A model generated the notes under the pieces. That model did no database searches. It saw nothing but the letters and a program-made list of their open reading frames with translations, and was not told where the DNA came from. Position numbers and translations under genes: made by a program. 64,000 nt of DNA from NCBI GenBank assembly GCA_963775155.1, contig CAVZHU010000014.1:50297-114296 (forward strand), given 5' to 3'. Positions 26,717 through 36,549 of this stretch are shown here, one piece after another. The first letter of the stretch is position 1. The number at the start of each line of letters is the position of its first letter. The DNA is from an uncultured Actinomycetes bacterium. GTDB taxonomy: Bacteria; Actinomycetota; Thermoleophilia; Gaiellales; Gaiellaceae.

Positions 26717-28360
26717 CTAGTGCCGCAGCGCCCCGAGCTGCCGGCGCGTCACGCGGAGCTGCGTATGGGTCGAGGTGAGCGTCCCGTCGGTTCCGACGGC
26801 GACCTTGTAGCGGCCGGGCCGCATGCGAAGCGGGGTGTGGAACGCGCCCTGCCCGGTCAGCCGCGGCCGTGAGACGAGCCTCCAGTCGCGGCCCACGCGG
26901 CGCCAGACCGTGACCGGGGCGCTCGTCCGCGGGACGACGCTGCCCGCCAGCAGCCTCGGCCCGAGGAGCCGGACCTGCAGTCGCGGAGCGACGGCGACCG
27001 AGACGCTCGTCCCGCTCGCCCCGGTCGTGCCGCGCAGCACGAGCCGGAAGCGGGTGTTCGCCCGGGGCGCAACCTGGAGGTGCGCGACGCCTCCCTGCAC
27101 GTGCCGCACCGTCCGCCACCAGCCGTGGGCGTTCTGCTGCTGGAGGACGGCGTCCTTCGCGCCGGCCGTGTGCGCGACCACGTCCACGCGGCTGCCGTAG
27201 AGGACGCGCGTCCGGCTCGTCCGGAGGCTCAGCCGGCCGATCGAGAACCACGTCGAGCGGAGGTGCAGGGCGCGCTCCACCTGCTCGCCGCTGCGCGTCG
27301 CGACGGCGCCGGACGCGAGCCGGAAGAGGACCGACTCGGCGCGCCAGCTCGAATCCCGCCGCACCCGGACCGACTCGACGGTGCCGTCGAGGCCGAGCCG
27401 CGACGCGAGCACCGAGGGAGAGAGCCCGAGCGGTCCCCAGGTGTGGTTCGGGGAGTAGACGTCGTACGGATCCGGCACCGACCGGAGGTACGGAATGGGC
27501 GACGAGCCCGGCCAGGCGTCCTGCACGGCCTCGGTCCGGCCGCCCGAGCTCGAGGAGTAGTACGTGCGCGCGACCTCTCCGTCCCACATCAGCACCTTGC
27601 CGCGCGTCGCGTAGACGGCCCTGTCGGAGCGCGGGCGCTCCGCCGCGACGCCGCCGTAGACCTGGTCGCGCGTGTCGGGGAGGAGGTCGTACGGCCTGTC
27701 CGGCCGCAGCTCCGAGACGGCGTACGAGCGGGCGGCGACCGCCTGCGCCTCGAGCTCGGCGAGCGGCCAGCGCGAGGGCGACTCGCTCGGGACGACTCCG
27801 CGCACGTACGTGTCGAGCCGGAGCCCGTTGACGACGGCGAGGCTCCTCCCGTTGCTGCGGACGACGAGAGTGCCGTGGTAGGCGCGCCCGTCGAGGGTCA
27901 GCGGAGCCTTGCGGCAGGCGAAGACCGCGACGCGGCCGAGCGAGCGGCCGCCTCCGTGGGCGCGCACGGGCAGGACGAGCCGCGGCCCCACGCCGTAGCG
28001 TCCCGCCGGCAGTCGCGTGAAGTGCCTTCCGTTGCCGACCTTGAGCGCGGCGGCGCAACCGATCGTCGCGATCTTCGCGTTCTGCACGAGGAGGACCCGG
28101 ACGTACGGCTCGCCCGCATGCCCGAGCCCGGTGCCCGGGTAGTAGTGGCGGAGGATGTGGCGGTAGCTCCAGCCGTGCCGCGCGTAGCCGTACGCGCCCC
28201 ACTGGCTCATGCCGACGCCGTGCCCCCAGCCGTGCCCGGTGACGACGAGCGCGGTTCCCGCGCCCGCGGGAGCGGCCGCAACGGCGACAGCCGCGAGCAA
28301 CACTGCCAAGGCAACCCCCGACCTCATCGGCACGGCGACGCCGTTCCACCTCCCGGGCAC
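26717..28360 (-). CDS. SpoIID/LytB domain protein (peptidoglycan remodelling)
   Basis: Signal peptide, then GHGWGHGVGMSQWGAYGYA and the SpoIID-type core YYSSSSGGRTE. 547-aa intact ORF. Confidence 0.8.
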   Translation of the reverse strand: MPGRWNGVAVPMRSGVALAVLLAAVAVAAAPAGAGTALVVTGHGWGHGVGMSQWGAYGYARHGWSYRHILRHYYPGTGLGHAGEPYVRVLLVQNAKIATIGCAAALKVGNGRHFTRLPAGRYGVGPRLVLPVRAHGGGRSLGRVAVFACRKAPLTLDGRAYHGTLVVRSNGRSLAVVNGLRLDTYVRGVVPSESPSRWPLAELEAQAVAARSYAVSELRPDRPYDLLPDTRDQVYGGVAAERPRSDRAVYATRGKVLMWDGEVARTYYSSSSGGRTEAVQDAWPGSSPIPYLRSVPDPYDVYSPNHTWGPLGLSPSVLASRLGLDGTVESVRVRRDSSWRAESVLFRLASGAVATRSGEQVERALHLRSTWFSIGRLSLRTSRTRVLYGSRVDVVAHTAGAKDAVLQQQNAHGWWRTVRHVQGGVAHLQVAPRANTRFRLVLRGTTGASGTSVSVAVAPRLQVRLLGPRLLAGSVVPRTSAPVTVWRRVGRDWRLVSRPRLTGQGAFHTPLRMRPGRYKVAVGTDGTLTSTHTQLRVTRRQLGALRH

Positions 28361-28387
28361 GTCAAACGGGGAAGGGTAGTCGACGGG

Positions 28388-29107
28388 TCAGGCCGCGACG
28401 GCGCGCATGTTCGCCTCGAGGTGCTCGACCTTCGACGTCCCCGGAATCGGCAGCATGACCGGCGACCGGGCGAGCAGCCAGCGCAGCTCGGCGGCCGGGT
28501 CGCCGAGCGCCTCGCCGAGAGGGTTCCACGGCATGAACCCGATGCCGTCCGCCTCGCACGCCTCGAGCACCTCCTCCGAGGTGCGCAGGCCGCGGTTGTA
28601 CTCGTTCTGGACGGACGCGACCGCCGTCACGGCCTGAGCCGTACGGAGTTGGCCGACGGAGACGTTCGAGAGCCCGACGAGCCGGATCTTCCCCTCCTGC
28701 CGCAGCTCCTCGAGAGCGCCGATCGACTCGGCGAGCGGCACCTCCGGGTCGTCGCGGTGAAGCTGGTACAGGTCGATCCGCTCGAGCCGCAGGCGGCGCA
28801 GGCTCTCTTCGCACGCGCGGCGCAGGCGCTCGGGCCGCGCGTCGCGGATCCGGTCCTGGAAGCCGGTGCCGAGGCCGCCCTTCGTCGCGATGACGAGGTC
28901 GTCCGGGTACGGGTGGAGCGCTTCGGCGATCAGTTCCTCGCTACGACCGGCGCCGTAGACGTCCGCCGTGTCGATCAGGGTGACGCCGAACTCGAGCGCC
29001 CGGCGCAGGACGCGCCTGCCTTCCTCCGCGTCATCGACGATGTGCAGCGCGCCGAAGCCGAGGCGGCGCACCTCGAGCACTCCCCCGAGGAGGAAGGTCG
29101 GGTTCAC
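28388..29107 (-). CDS. aldo/keto reductase
   Basis: LIDTADVYGAGRSEELI, IATKGG, IDLYQLHRDDPEVP, LSNVSVGQL, NEYN. Somewhat short (239 aa). Confidence 0.75.
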   Translation of the reverse strand: MNPTFLLGGVLEVRRLGFGALHIVDDAEEGRRVLRRALEFGVTLIDTADVYGAGRSEELIAEALHPYPDDLVIATKGGLGTGFQDRIRDARPERLRRACEESLRRLRLERIDLYQLHRDDPEVPLAESIGALEELRQEGKIRLVGLSNVSVGQLRTAQAVTAVASVQNEYNRGLRTSEEVLEACEADGIGFMPWNPLGEALGDPAAELRWLLARSPVMLPIPGTSKVEHLEANMRAVAA

Positions 29108-29131
29108 CGGCCGAGCCTAGACTCTCGCGGG

Positions 29132-30751
29132 ATGCGCCGCGTGCTCGTCGCCAACCGGGGAGAGATCGCCATTCGCGTCTTCCGCGCCTGCCGCGAGGAG
29201 GGCCTGGAGACGGTCGCCGTGGCCGCGCCCGACGACCGCCGCGCGCTGCACGCGGAGTCGGCCGACGCGCTCGCCGAGATCTCCTCGTACCTCGACCCTG
29301 CCGAGCACGTCCGCGCGGCGCTCCAGGCGGGGGCCGACGCCGTCCACCCCGGCTACGGCTTCCTCGCCGAGAGCGCGGAGTTCGCGGAGGCGGTGCTCGA
29401 GGCGGGCCTGACCTGGATCGGGCCGCCGCCGGCGGCGCTGCGCGCGGGCGGCGACAAGCTCGCGGCGAAGGAGACGGCCCGGGCCGCGGGCGTCCCCGTC
29501 CTGCCGAGCGGAGCGCCTGAGGAGCTCGGCTTCCCGCTACTCGTCAAGGCTGCGGCGGGCGGCGGCGGGCGCGGCATGCGCGTCGTGCGCACGCCCGAGG
29601 AGCTCGAGGAGTCGCTCGCGGCCGCACGGCGCGAGGCGGCGGCGGCGTTCGGCGACGAGACGATCTTCTGCGAGCGCTATCTCGAGCGGCCGCGACACGT
29701 CGAGATCCAGATCCTCGCCGACCGGCACGGCAACGTCGCCGCGCTCGGGGAGCGCGACTGCTCGATCCAGCGCCGCCACCAGAAGGTGCTCGAGGAGAGC
29801 CCGTCGCCCGCACTCGACCCGGAGCTGCGGACCCGGATGAGCGACGCCGCGGTCTCGTTCGCGCGCGCGATCGGCTACGAGAGCGCCGGCACCGCCGAGT
29901 TCGTGCTCGACGGTCGCGACTTCTGGTTCCTCGAGCTCAACGCGCGGATCCAGGTCGAGCACCCCGTCACCGAGCTCGTCACGGGCGTCGACATCGTGCA
30001 CGAGCAGCTGCGCATCGCGTCCGGAGAGGCCCTGTCCAAGCAAGTAACAGACTGTCACTTGCGGGGGCATGCGGTCGAGGTGCGGCTGTACGCCGAGGAT
30101 CCGCGGACGTTCCTCCCCCAGGCAGGCAGGCTCGAGCGGCTGCGGCTGCCGGAGGGGATCCGCGTCGACTCCGGCGTCCGCGAGGGGGACGAGATCGGTA
30201 CGGCCTACGACCCGATGATCGCGAAGCTCGTCGCCGCCGGCGACACGCGGGAGGAGGCACTCGATCGGCTGGCGCAGGCGCTGCGCGAGACGGAGGTCGG
30301 CGGCGTGACGACGAACCTCCCCTTCCTCCGCTGGCTCGTCTCGCACCCGCTCGTCCGCGCCGGCCGCGTCACGACCGCCTTCCTCGCCGAGCAGCCGCCC
30401 CTGTCGGAGCCGCCGGCAGCCGCTCCCGCACGCGCGTGGGGGGATGCGTGGCGCCTCAACCTCCCGGCACCACCGCCGCGCCCGGCGCCCGACCTGGAGG
30501 CCGCAGCGGGCGGCCAGGCGACCGGCGCGCACGAGCAGTCGAGCGTCACGGCTCCGATGCCCGGAACCGTGATCCGTGTCCTCGTCGAGCCCGGCGCCGA
30601 GGTCGCGGCACGGCAGCCGCTCGTCGTGCTCGAGGCGATGAAGATGGAGACGCCGCTCGTCTCGCCCTACGACGCCACCGTCCGGGCGGTCCATGTGGCG
30701 GAGGGAGATCGCGTCGCGCGCGGCGCGGTTCTCGTCGAGCTCGACGAGTGA
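29132..30751 (+). CDS. acyl-CoA carboxylase alpha subunit (biotin carboxylase + C-terminal biotinyl domain)
   Basis: MRRVLVANRGEIAIRVFRA, ATP-grasp core, biotin attachment motif LEAMKMET. In-frame part of ORF 27080..30751. Confidence 0.9.
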   Translation: MRRVLVANRGEIAIRVFRACREEGLETVAVAAPDDRRALHAESADALAEISSYLDPAEHVRAALQAGADAVHPGYGFLAESAEFAEAVLEAGLTWIGPPPAALRAGGDKLAAKETARAAGVPVLPSGAPEELGFPLLVKAAAGGGGRGMRVVRTPEELEESLAAARREAAAAFGDETIFCERYLERPRHVEIQILADRHGNVAALGERDCSIQRRHQKVLEESPSPALDPELRTRMSDAAVSFARAIGYESAGTAEFVLDGRDFWFLELNARIQVEHPVTELVTGVDIVHEQLRIASGEALSKQVTDCHLRGHAVEVRLYAEDPRTFLPQAGRLERLRLPEGIRVDSGVREGDEIGTAYDPMIAKLVAAGDTREEALDRLAQALRETEVGGVTTNLPFLRWLVSHPLVRAGRVTTAFLAEQPPLSEPPAAAPARAWGDAWRLNLPAPPPRPAPDLEAAAGGQATGAHEQSSVTAPMPGTVIRVLVEPGAEVAARQPLVVLEAMKMETPLVSPYDATVRAVHVAEGDRVARGAVLVELDE

Positions 30752-31614
30752 CCGGTGTCGCACTCGTAGCCGACCCGGGCGAGTTCCTGCGCGAGGCAGG
30801 GCCGCTGCTGCTCGCGGACGAGGCGCGGCACAACCTCATCCTCGGCATCGCCGGCAACATCCGCGACGGCCTCTACGAGGAGCACCGGCTCTGGCTCGTG
30901 CGCGAGAGCGGCCGCCCGGCGGCGGTGGCCCTCCGAACGCCGCCGTTCAACCTGATCCTCGCCCGGCCGGCTTCGGCTGCGGCGCTCGCTGCGCTCGCAG
31001 ACGGGCTCGGGAGTGAGTCGCTGCCCGGCGTGACGGGGGCCGTCCCCGAGGTGGAGCAGTTCGCGGAGCTCTACGCCGCCCGCGCCGGGCGCCGGCCGCG
31101 CCGGCCGCGCCGGACGATGGGTCAGGGCATCTACGCGCTCGACGACGTCGTGCCGCCGCCGGTGCCGCCGGGCGGCCTGCGCGTTGCGGGCGAGGACGAC
31201 CGGGAGCTCGTCCTCCGCTGGTTCCGAGCGTTCGCCGACGAGGCGGTCCACAAGGGCAGCCCCGGTCGCGACCGCGCAGAGCAGGCTGCCGACCAGCGCC
31301 TCTCGTCGGCTTCAGCCGGGATCCTGCTCTGGGAGGAAGGCGGCGAGGCCGTCTCGCTCGCCGGCTGGGGCGGCCCGACGCCGAACGGGATTCGCATCGG
31401 GCCTGTCTACACGCCGCCGGAGCTCCGCGGCCGCGGCTACGCGACGGCGCTCACCGCCGAGCTCTCGCAGCGGCTGCTCGACGGCCGCCTCTTCGAGGGC
31501 GGCCGCCGCTTCTGCTTCCTCTACGCCGACCTCGCGAACCCGACCTCGACCGCGATCTACGAACGCATCGGCTACCACCGCATCGCCGAGTCGGCCGAGA
31601 TCTCCTTCGAGTAG
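30748..31614 (+). CDS. GNAT-family acetyltransferase-like protein
   Basis: GTGA overlap with the carboxylase stop. C-terminal RGRGYATALTAELSQ...IYERIGY acetyl-CoA binding pattern. Confidence 0.65.
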   Translation: MTGVALVADPGEFLREAGPLLLADEARHNLILGIAGNIRDGLYEEHRLWLVRESGRPAAVALRTPPFNLILARPASAAALAALADGLGSESLPGVTGAVPEVEQFAELYAARAGRRPRRPRRTMGQGIYALDDVVPPPVPPGGLRVAGEDDRELVLRWFRAFADEAVHKGSPGRDRAEQAADQRLSSASAGILLWEEGGEAVSLAGWGGPTPNGIRIGPVYTPPELRGRGYATALTAELSQRLLDGRLFEGGRRFCFLYADLANPTSTAIYERIGYHRIAESAEISFE

Positions 31615-31673
31615 CTCGCGACGGATGGCTGCCCCGACCCCGCGCGGCGGCCCAAACAGCACTTACAGCACGA

Positions 31674-31701
31674 GGGCCGGGAGACCACGCTCTCCCGGCC
31701 C
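31674..31701. terminator. 11-bp hairpin between convergent genes
   Basis: GGGCCGGGAGA-ccacgc-TCTCCCGGCCC. Confidence 0.45.
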
Positions 31702-31743
31702 GAGTTCCTTGATCCCAGCGAGCGAGAGCGAAGCTCTCGCGAG

Positions 31744-32052
31744 CTAGAAGAGCTTTTGCAGCTTCATGGCGGCGCCCATGTCGCCCTTGAGCTTGAGCTT
31801 GCCGGTCATGTAGGCGCTCGTCGGGTTCTGCTCGCCCGCGATGATCTTCTCGAAGACCTCCTGCGAGGTGCTGATCGTGGCGTCGGCGTCCTCGAGGCCC
31901 TCGTCGACCGTGACGTTGCCATCCGTGACCTTGACCGTCCACTGCCCCGCGCCGTCGATGTCGAAGGCGTAGGAGTTGTTCATCCCGGCCGTCTTCGTCA
32001 TGTCGGCGCGGGAGGGAAGCGACTCGAAGAACTCCTGCACGCTGGCTGCCAT
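31744..32052 (-). CDS. SCP-2 sterol-carrier domain protein
   Basis: 102 aa, ending ...SAYMTGKLKLKGDMGAAMKLQKLF, typical of the SCP2 family. Confidence 0.8.
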   Translation of the reverse strand: MAASVQEFFESLPSRADMTKTAGMNNSYAFDIDGAGQWTVKVTDGNVTVDEGLEDADATISTSQEVFEKIIAGEQNPTSAYMTGKLKLKGDMGAAMKLQKLF

Positions 32053-32281
32053 CTGTCTCGCTCCTTCTCGGGTTCTCGCAGCCGAGTCTACGCCGCGATC
32101 GTCGGTACACGCGTCTCTGAGTCATGGCCACTTCCCGACGGCGTCTCGCCGCCCGTGGCGGCGTCCTCGGTCGCCTCGATAGGAGCCGCTGTCGGGACTC
32201 CCTGCGTCCTTGCCACGAACGACGATCCGCGCGCCGGTTCAGCAACCAGACTCACAGAAGCTGTACTAGCATCGCGCCGGC

Positions 32282-33811
32282 ATGACGAACGTGGAGATCG
32301 CGCTCCCGGGTCAGGCAGAAGCGGATGCGATCGCGCTGCCGATCGCTGCAAGCGCCGCCGGCACAGCCGGCGACGCGCGGCGAACAACGGGGTCGTCGCC
32401 GCTCGGCGGCGAGGGCGCCCGGATCGTCGAGGAGAAGCTCGGCGGCCGGCTGGCGCGCCTGGTCGAGACCGGTGACCTGCGCGGCGACCGCGGCGAGACC
32501 GTCCTCCTCCATCTCGACGGCGAGCTCCAGGCGCCGCGCCTCGTGGCCGCGGGGGTCGGCGAGCGCGACAAGGTCGACGCCGACGCACTACGGACGGCGG
32601 GAGCAGCGACGGCGCAGGCCCTCTCCCGCGTCGGCGGAACGCTCGTCTGGCTGCTGGACGAGTCGCTGCCCGTGCCGCTGCCGCAGCAGGCGGCGGCGCT
32701 CGTCGAGGGCACGATCCTCGGCGGATACTCGCCCGGCCGCTGGAAGGCGAAGGACGAGGCGCGGGCGCCGGCGACGATCGTCGTCGGGCACGAGGACGAG
32801 CCGGAGCTGCGGGAGGCGGTCGAGCGCGCCGCACTCGTCGCGGAGCGGGCGAACCGGGCCCGCGACCTGCAGAACATGCCGCCGAACGAGCTGACCCCGA
32901 AGCGCTCGCAGAGCAGGCACGCGAGCTGGCCGCCGAGCACGAGCACCTCACCGTCGAGGCGCTCGGGCCGGACGAGATCGCGAGCTCGGGATGGGCGCCC
33001 TCCTCGCCGTCGGCCGGGCAGCCGCAACGAGCCGCGCCTCGTCGTCCTCCGCTACGAGCCGCCCAACCCCGCCGACGGCGACCTCCTGCTCGGGATCGTC
33101 GGCAAGTCGATCACCTTCGACGCCGGCGGCATCTCGATCAAGCCGTCCCGCGGCATGGAGGACATGAAGGGCGACATGTCGGGCGGCGCCGGCACGCTGC
33201 ACGGGATCGGGGCGCTCGCCGCGCTCGGCACTCCCGTCCGCGCGATCGCCGTCCTCGCCGCGGCCGAGAACCTCCCGGGCGGCGGCGCCTTCCGCCCCGG
33301 CGACATCCTCCACGCGGCGAACGGCAAGACGATCGAGATCATCAACACCGACGCCGAGGGACGGCTCGTGCTCGCGGACGCGCTCTGGTACGTCCGCCGC
33401 GAGGGAGCGACGCACGTGCTCGACCTCGCGACGCTCACCGGGGCGATGGTGCTCGCGCTCGGCGACCTCTACTCCGGCGTCTTCGCGAACGACGACGACT
33501 GGCGTGACCGGATCGTGGAGGCCGGCCGGCGCAGCGGCGACCTCGTCTGGCCGTTCCCGCTCCACCCGCGCTTCCGGCGCTACATCGACTCCGCCTACGC
33601 GGACCTGAAGAACGGCTCGACGCTGCGCCAGGCCGGGCCGGCGCTCGCGGCCGAGTTCCTGCACGAGTTCGCCGGCGACGGCCCCTGGGCGCACGTGGAC
33701 ATGGCCGGGCCGGCGTTCCTCGACCGAAGCCGCGGCGACTACCTGCGCTCGCCGGGCGGCACAGGCTGGGGCGTCCGCCTCATCGCCGAGCTCGGGCAGA
33801 TGCTCGCGTGA
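32282..33811 (+). CDS. pepA: leucyl aminopeptidase (M17); garbled 32.89-33.04 kb by about three single-base losses
   Basis: [39 protein letters not shown]. The segment [12 protein letters not shown]...RRRPG reads correctly ([39 protein letters not shown]) only after frame correction. Confidence 0.85.
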   Translation: MTNVEIALPGQAEADAIALPIAASAAGTAGDARRTTGSSPLGGEGARIVEEKLGGRLARLVETGDLRGDRGETVLLHLDGELQAPRLVAAGVGERDKVDADALRTAGAATAQALSRVGGTLVWLLDESLPVPLPQQAAALVEGTILGGYSPGRWKAKDEARAPATIVVGHEDEPELREAVERAALVAERANRARDLQNMPPNELTPKRSQSRHASWPPSTSTSPSRRSGRTRSRARDGRPPRRRPGSRNEPRLVVLRYEPPNPADGDLLLGIVGKSITFDAGGISIKPSRGMEDMKGDMSGGAGTLHGIGALAALGTPVRAIAVLAAAENLPGGGAFRPGDILHAANGKTIEIINTDAEGRLVLADALWYVRREGATHVLDLATLTGAMVLALGDLYSGVFANDDDWRDRIVEAGRRSGDLVWPFPLHPRFRRYIDSAYADLKNGSTLRQAGPALAAEFLHEFAGDGPWAHVDMAGPAFLDRSRGDYLRSPGGTGWGVRLIAELGQMLA

Positions 33812-34943
33812 ACTTCGAGCTCAGCGAAGAGCAGGAGCTGATCCGGCGACACCGTTCGCGAGTTCGCCGAGACGAGGGTCGCGCCGGTCGCCGAGGAGCT
33901 CGACCGCGAGGCGCGCTTCCCGTACGAGATCGTCGCCGAGCTCGCCGAGCTGGGACTGATGGGCATGCCGATGCCCGAGGAGTACGGCGGCGCCGGCGGC
34001 GACACCGTCTCCTACGCGATCGCGGTCGAGGAGCTGACGCGGATCGACTCGTCCGTCGCGATCACCGTCGCCGCCCACACCTCTCTCGGCACGATGCCGA
34101 TCTCCTCTTCGGCAGCGACGAGCAGAAGCAGGAGTGGCTGCCGCGGCTCGCTTCCGGCGAGGGCCTCGCCGCGTTCGGCCTCACCGAGCCGGACGCGGGC
34201 TCCGACGCGGGCGCGACGCGGACGACGCGCCGAGCTGCGCGACGGGCAGTGGGTGATCGACGGCTCGAAGATCTTCATCACGAACGCCGGCACCGAGATC
34301 ACCGCCTGCGTCACGATCACCGCGCTGACGGGAGACGGCGAGATCTCGAACCTCATCGTCCCGAACGGGACGCCCGGCTACGAGATCTCGGGGCCGATGC
34401 ACAAGCTCGGCTGGCACGCCTCGGACACGCGCGAGCTCGTCCTTCCGGGGCTGCGCCGTGCCGGAGGGGAACCTGCTCGGCGAGCGCGGGCACGGCTTCC
34501 ACCAGTTCCTGCAGATCCTCGACGGCGGGCGGATCTCGGTCGCGGCGATGGGAGTCGGTCTCGCCCAGGGCGCCTACGACCTCGCGCTCGGGTACGCGCG
34601 CGAGCGGCAGCAGTTCGGGAAGCCGATCGCGAAGTTCCAGGCGATCCAGTTCCAGCTCGCCGACATGGCGACCGAGATCGAGGCGGGCCGCCAACTCGTG
34701 CACCGCGCCGCCTGGCTCAAGGATCAGGGGAAGCCGTTCGCGCTCGCCGCGGCGCAGGCGAAGCTCTACACGGGCCTCCTCTCGAACCGGGCCGTCAACT
34801 CAGCGCTCCAGATCCACGGCGGCTACGGCTTCATGGAGGAGTTCGCGATCTCGCGCCTCTACCGCGACCAGAAGATCCTCGAGATCGGCGAAGGCACGAA
34901 CGAGGTGCAGCGCATGGTGATCGCGAAGCACCTCGGCCTCTGA
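33808..34943 (+). CDS. acyl-CoA dehydrogenase (short/branched-chain type); 4 or more frameshifts
   Basis: Pieces in three frames: [67 protein letters not shown], and the intact tail ...[44 protein letters not shown]. Confidence 0.8.
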
Positions 34944-34979
34944 GCCCCGGAACAGCCGATCCTAGGCACAATCGAGACC

Positions 34980-35758
34980 GTGGCTCCGGTGGTCGTCGCC
35001 GCGCTCGCAGCGCTCCTCTTCGCCCAGGCCGTCGTCCGGCTGCGACGCCGGGGCCGCGCCGACCTCGCCGGCTGGGACCGCGTCGCGCTGTTCGCGGCCG
35101 GCCTCGCCGTCACCGTCTTCGCGCTCGTGGGACCGCTCGACCGGATCGCGGACGACGACCTCCTCTCCGCCCACATGGGCCAGCACGTCCTGATCGGTGA
35201 CCTCGGGCCCGCGCTGATGGTCACGGCCGCCAGGGGCCACTGCTCGTCTTCCTCCTGCCCGCCGCGGTGCTCGCGCCGCTCGCGCGCAGCCGCCGCGTCC
35301 GGGGAACCCTGAGCACACTGCTGCAGCCGCGCGTCGCCTTCGGCCTCTGGGCGGCCAACATCGCGATCTGGCACGTCCCGTACGTCTACGACCTCGCGCT
35401 CGCGCACCAGAACCTCCACGACTTCGAGCACGTCTGCTGGATCGTGTTCGGGACGCTCCTGTGGACGCTGCTCGTCGACCCGGGCTCGCACCGGCGGCTG
35501 ACCGTCGGCGGCCGGGTGGCGCTCGCGGCCGCGATGTTCGCGGCGGGCCTGATCCTGAGCGACGTGCTCGTCTTCTCCTTCACGCCGCTCTACCCCTGGT
35601 ACCACGGGGCTTACGGGATCTCGGCGCTCACCGACCAGCAGCTCTCCGGGATCGTGATGATGGTCGAGCAGCTCGCGACGCTCGGCACCTGCGTTCTGCT
35701 GCTCCTGCTCCCGCGCCGCAGCCGCCCGGCGCGAGGCTCGCCGCGTCGCACGACGTGA
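34980..35758 (+). CDS. cytochrome c oxidase assembly factor CtaG-like membrane protein (caa3 type), one frameshift near 35240
   Basis: SAHMGQHVLIGDLGPALMV, WHVPYVYDLALAHQNLHDFEHV, DQQLSGIVMMVEQ. Confidence 0.65.
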
Positions 35759-35801
35759 GCCCGGCTCCGACCTGTTCAGCTTCGAGCCGTTCTTCCTCGT
35801 C

Positions 35802-36521
35802 GTGTCGGCGCTCGCCGGTGTCCTCTACTGGCGAGCGCTCCGGCACGAGGAGCCGCCGTGGTGGCGGCTCACCGCCTTCGGCGCGGGCCTCTTCCTCGTC
35901 GCCGCCTCGCTGAACTCGCCGCTCGAGACGATCGCCGACCACTACCTCCTGCTCATCCACCTGCTCCAGAACGCGCTCATCGCGGACGTCGCTCCGCTCC
36001 TCGTCGTGCTGGGCCTGACGCCGCGGATGCGCCGGGCGCTCGGACGCCTCGGGCCGGACCGGCTGCGGCTGCGCTGGATCCTGCCGATCTGGCTCGCCGC
36101 CTGGTACGGCACGCACCTCGCCTTCTTCTACGACTGGGCGCTGCGGACCGGCTGGGGGCTGAACATCGAGCACGCGATCCTCATCGCCGCCGGCCTCCTG
36201 TTCTGGTGGCCGATCGTGAGCGGGCGGCTCGTGCCGGCGTCCGGCCTCGCGTACCTCGCGGTCGCCTTCGTCGGCTCCTCCTTTCTCGGCCTCGCCTACA
36301 TCTTCTCGAGCAGCCCCTTCTACTCGTTCTACGAGCAGGCGCCGCGACTCTGGGGGCTTTCACCGGTGAGCGACCAGAACCTCGGCGGGATCCTCATGAA
36401 CGCAGAGCAGACGCTCGTTTTCCTGATCACGATCGGGTGGTTCGTGGTGCGGCTGCTCGACGAGGAGCATGCCCGGGGCGAGGCGCGGGCGCGCGAGCCG
36501 GTCACTCTTCCGGATTCGTAG
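35802..36521 (+). CDS. second CtaG-like membrane protein (tandem paralog)
   Basis: HYLLLIHLLQNALIADVAPLLVVLG, SDQNLGGILMNAEQ. The start may lie a little upstream. Confidence 0.65.
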   Translation: MSALAGVLYWRALRHEEPPWWRLTAFGAGLFLVAASLNSPLETIADHYLLLIHLLQNALIADVAPLLVVLGLTPRMRRALGRLGPDRLRLRWILPIWLAAWYGTHLAFFYDWALRTGWGLNIEHAILIAAGLLFWWPIVSGRLVPASGLAYLAVAFVGSSFLGLAYIFSSSPFYSFYEQAPRLWGLSPVSDQNLGGILMNAEQTLVFLITIGWFVVRLLDEEHARGEARAREPVTLPDS

Positions 36522-36549
36522 CCCGCAGGCCCGCTGGTACCTTCGCCCG

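Noticed and set aside
31612-31746. 10-nt inverted repeat TAGCTCGCGA / TCGCGAGCTA containing both convergent stop codons
   Set aside because: It is built on the self-complementary CTCGCGAG, which is common in this composition. A proper hairpin terminator lies between the arms, so the match is probably coincidental.
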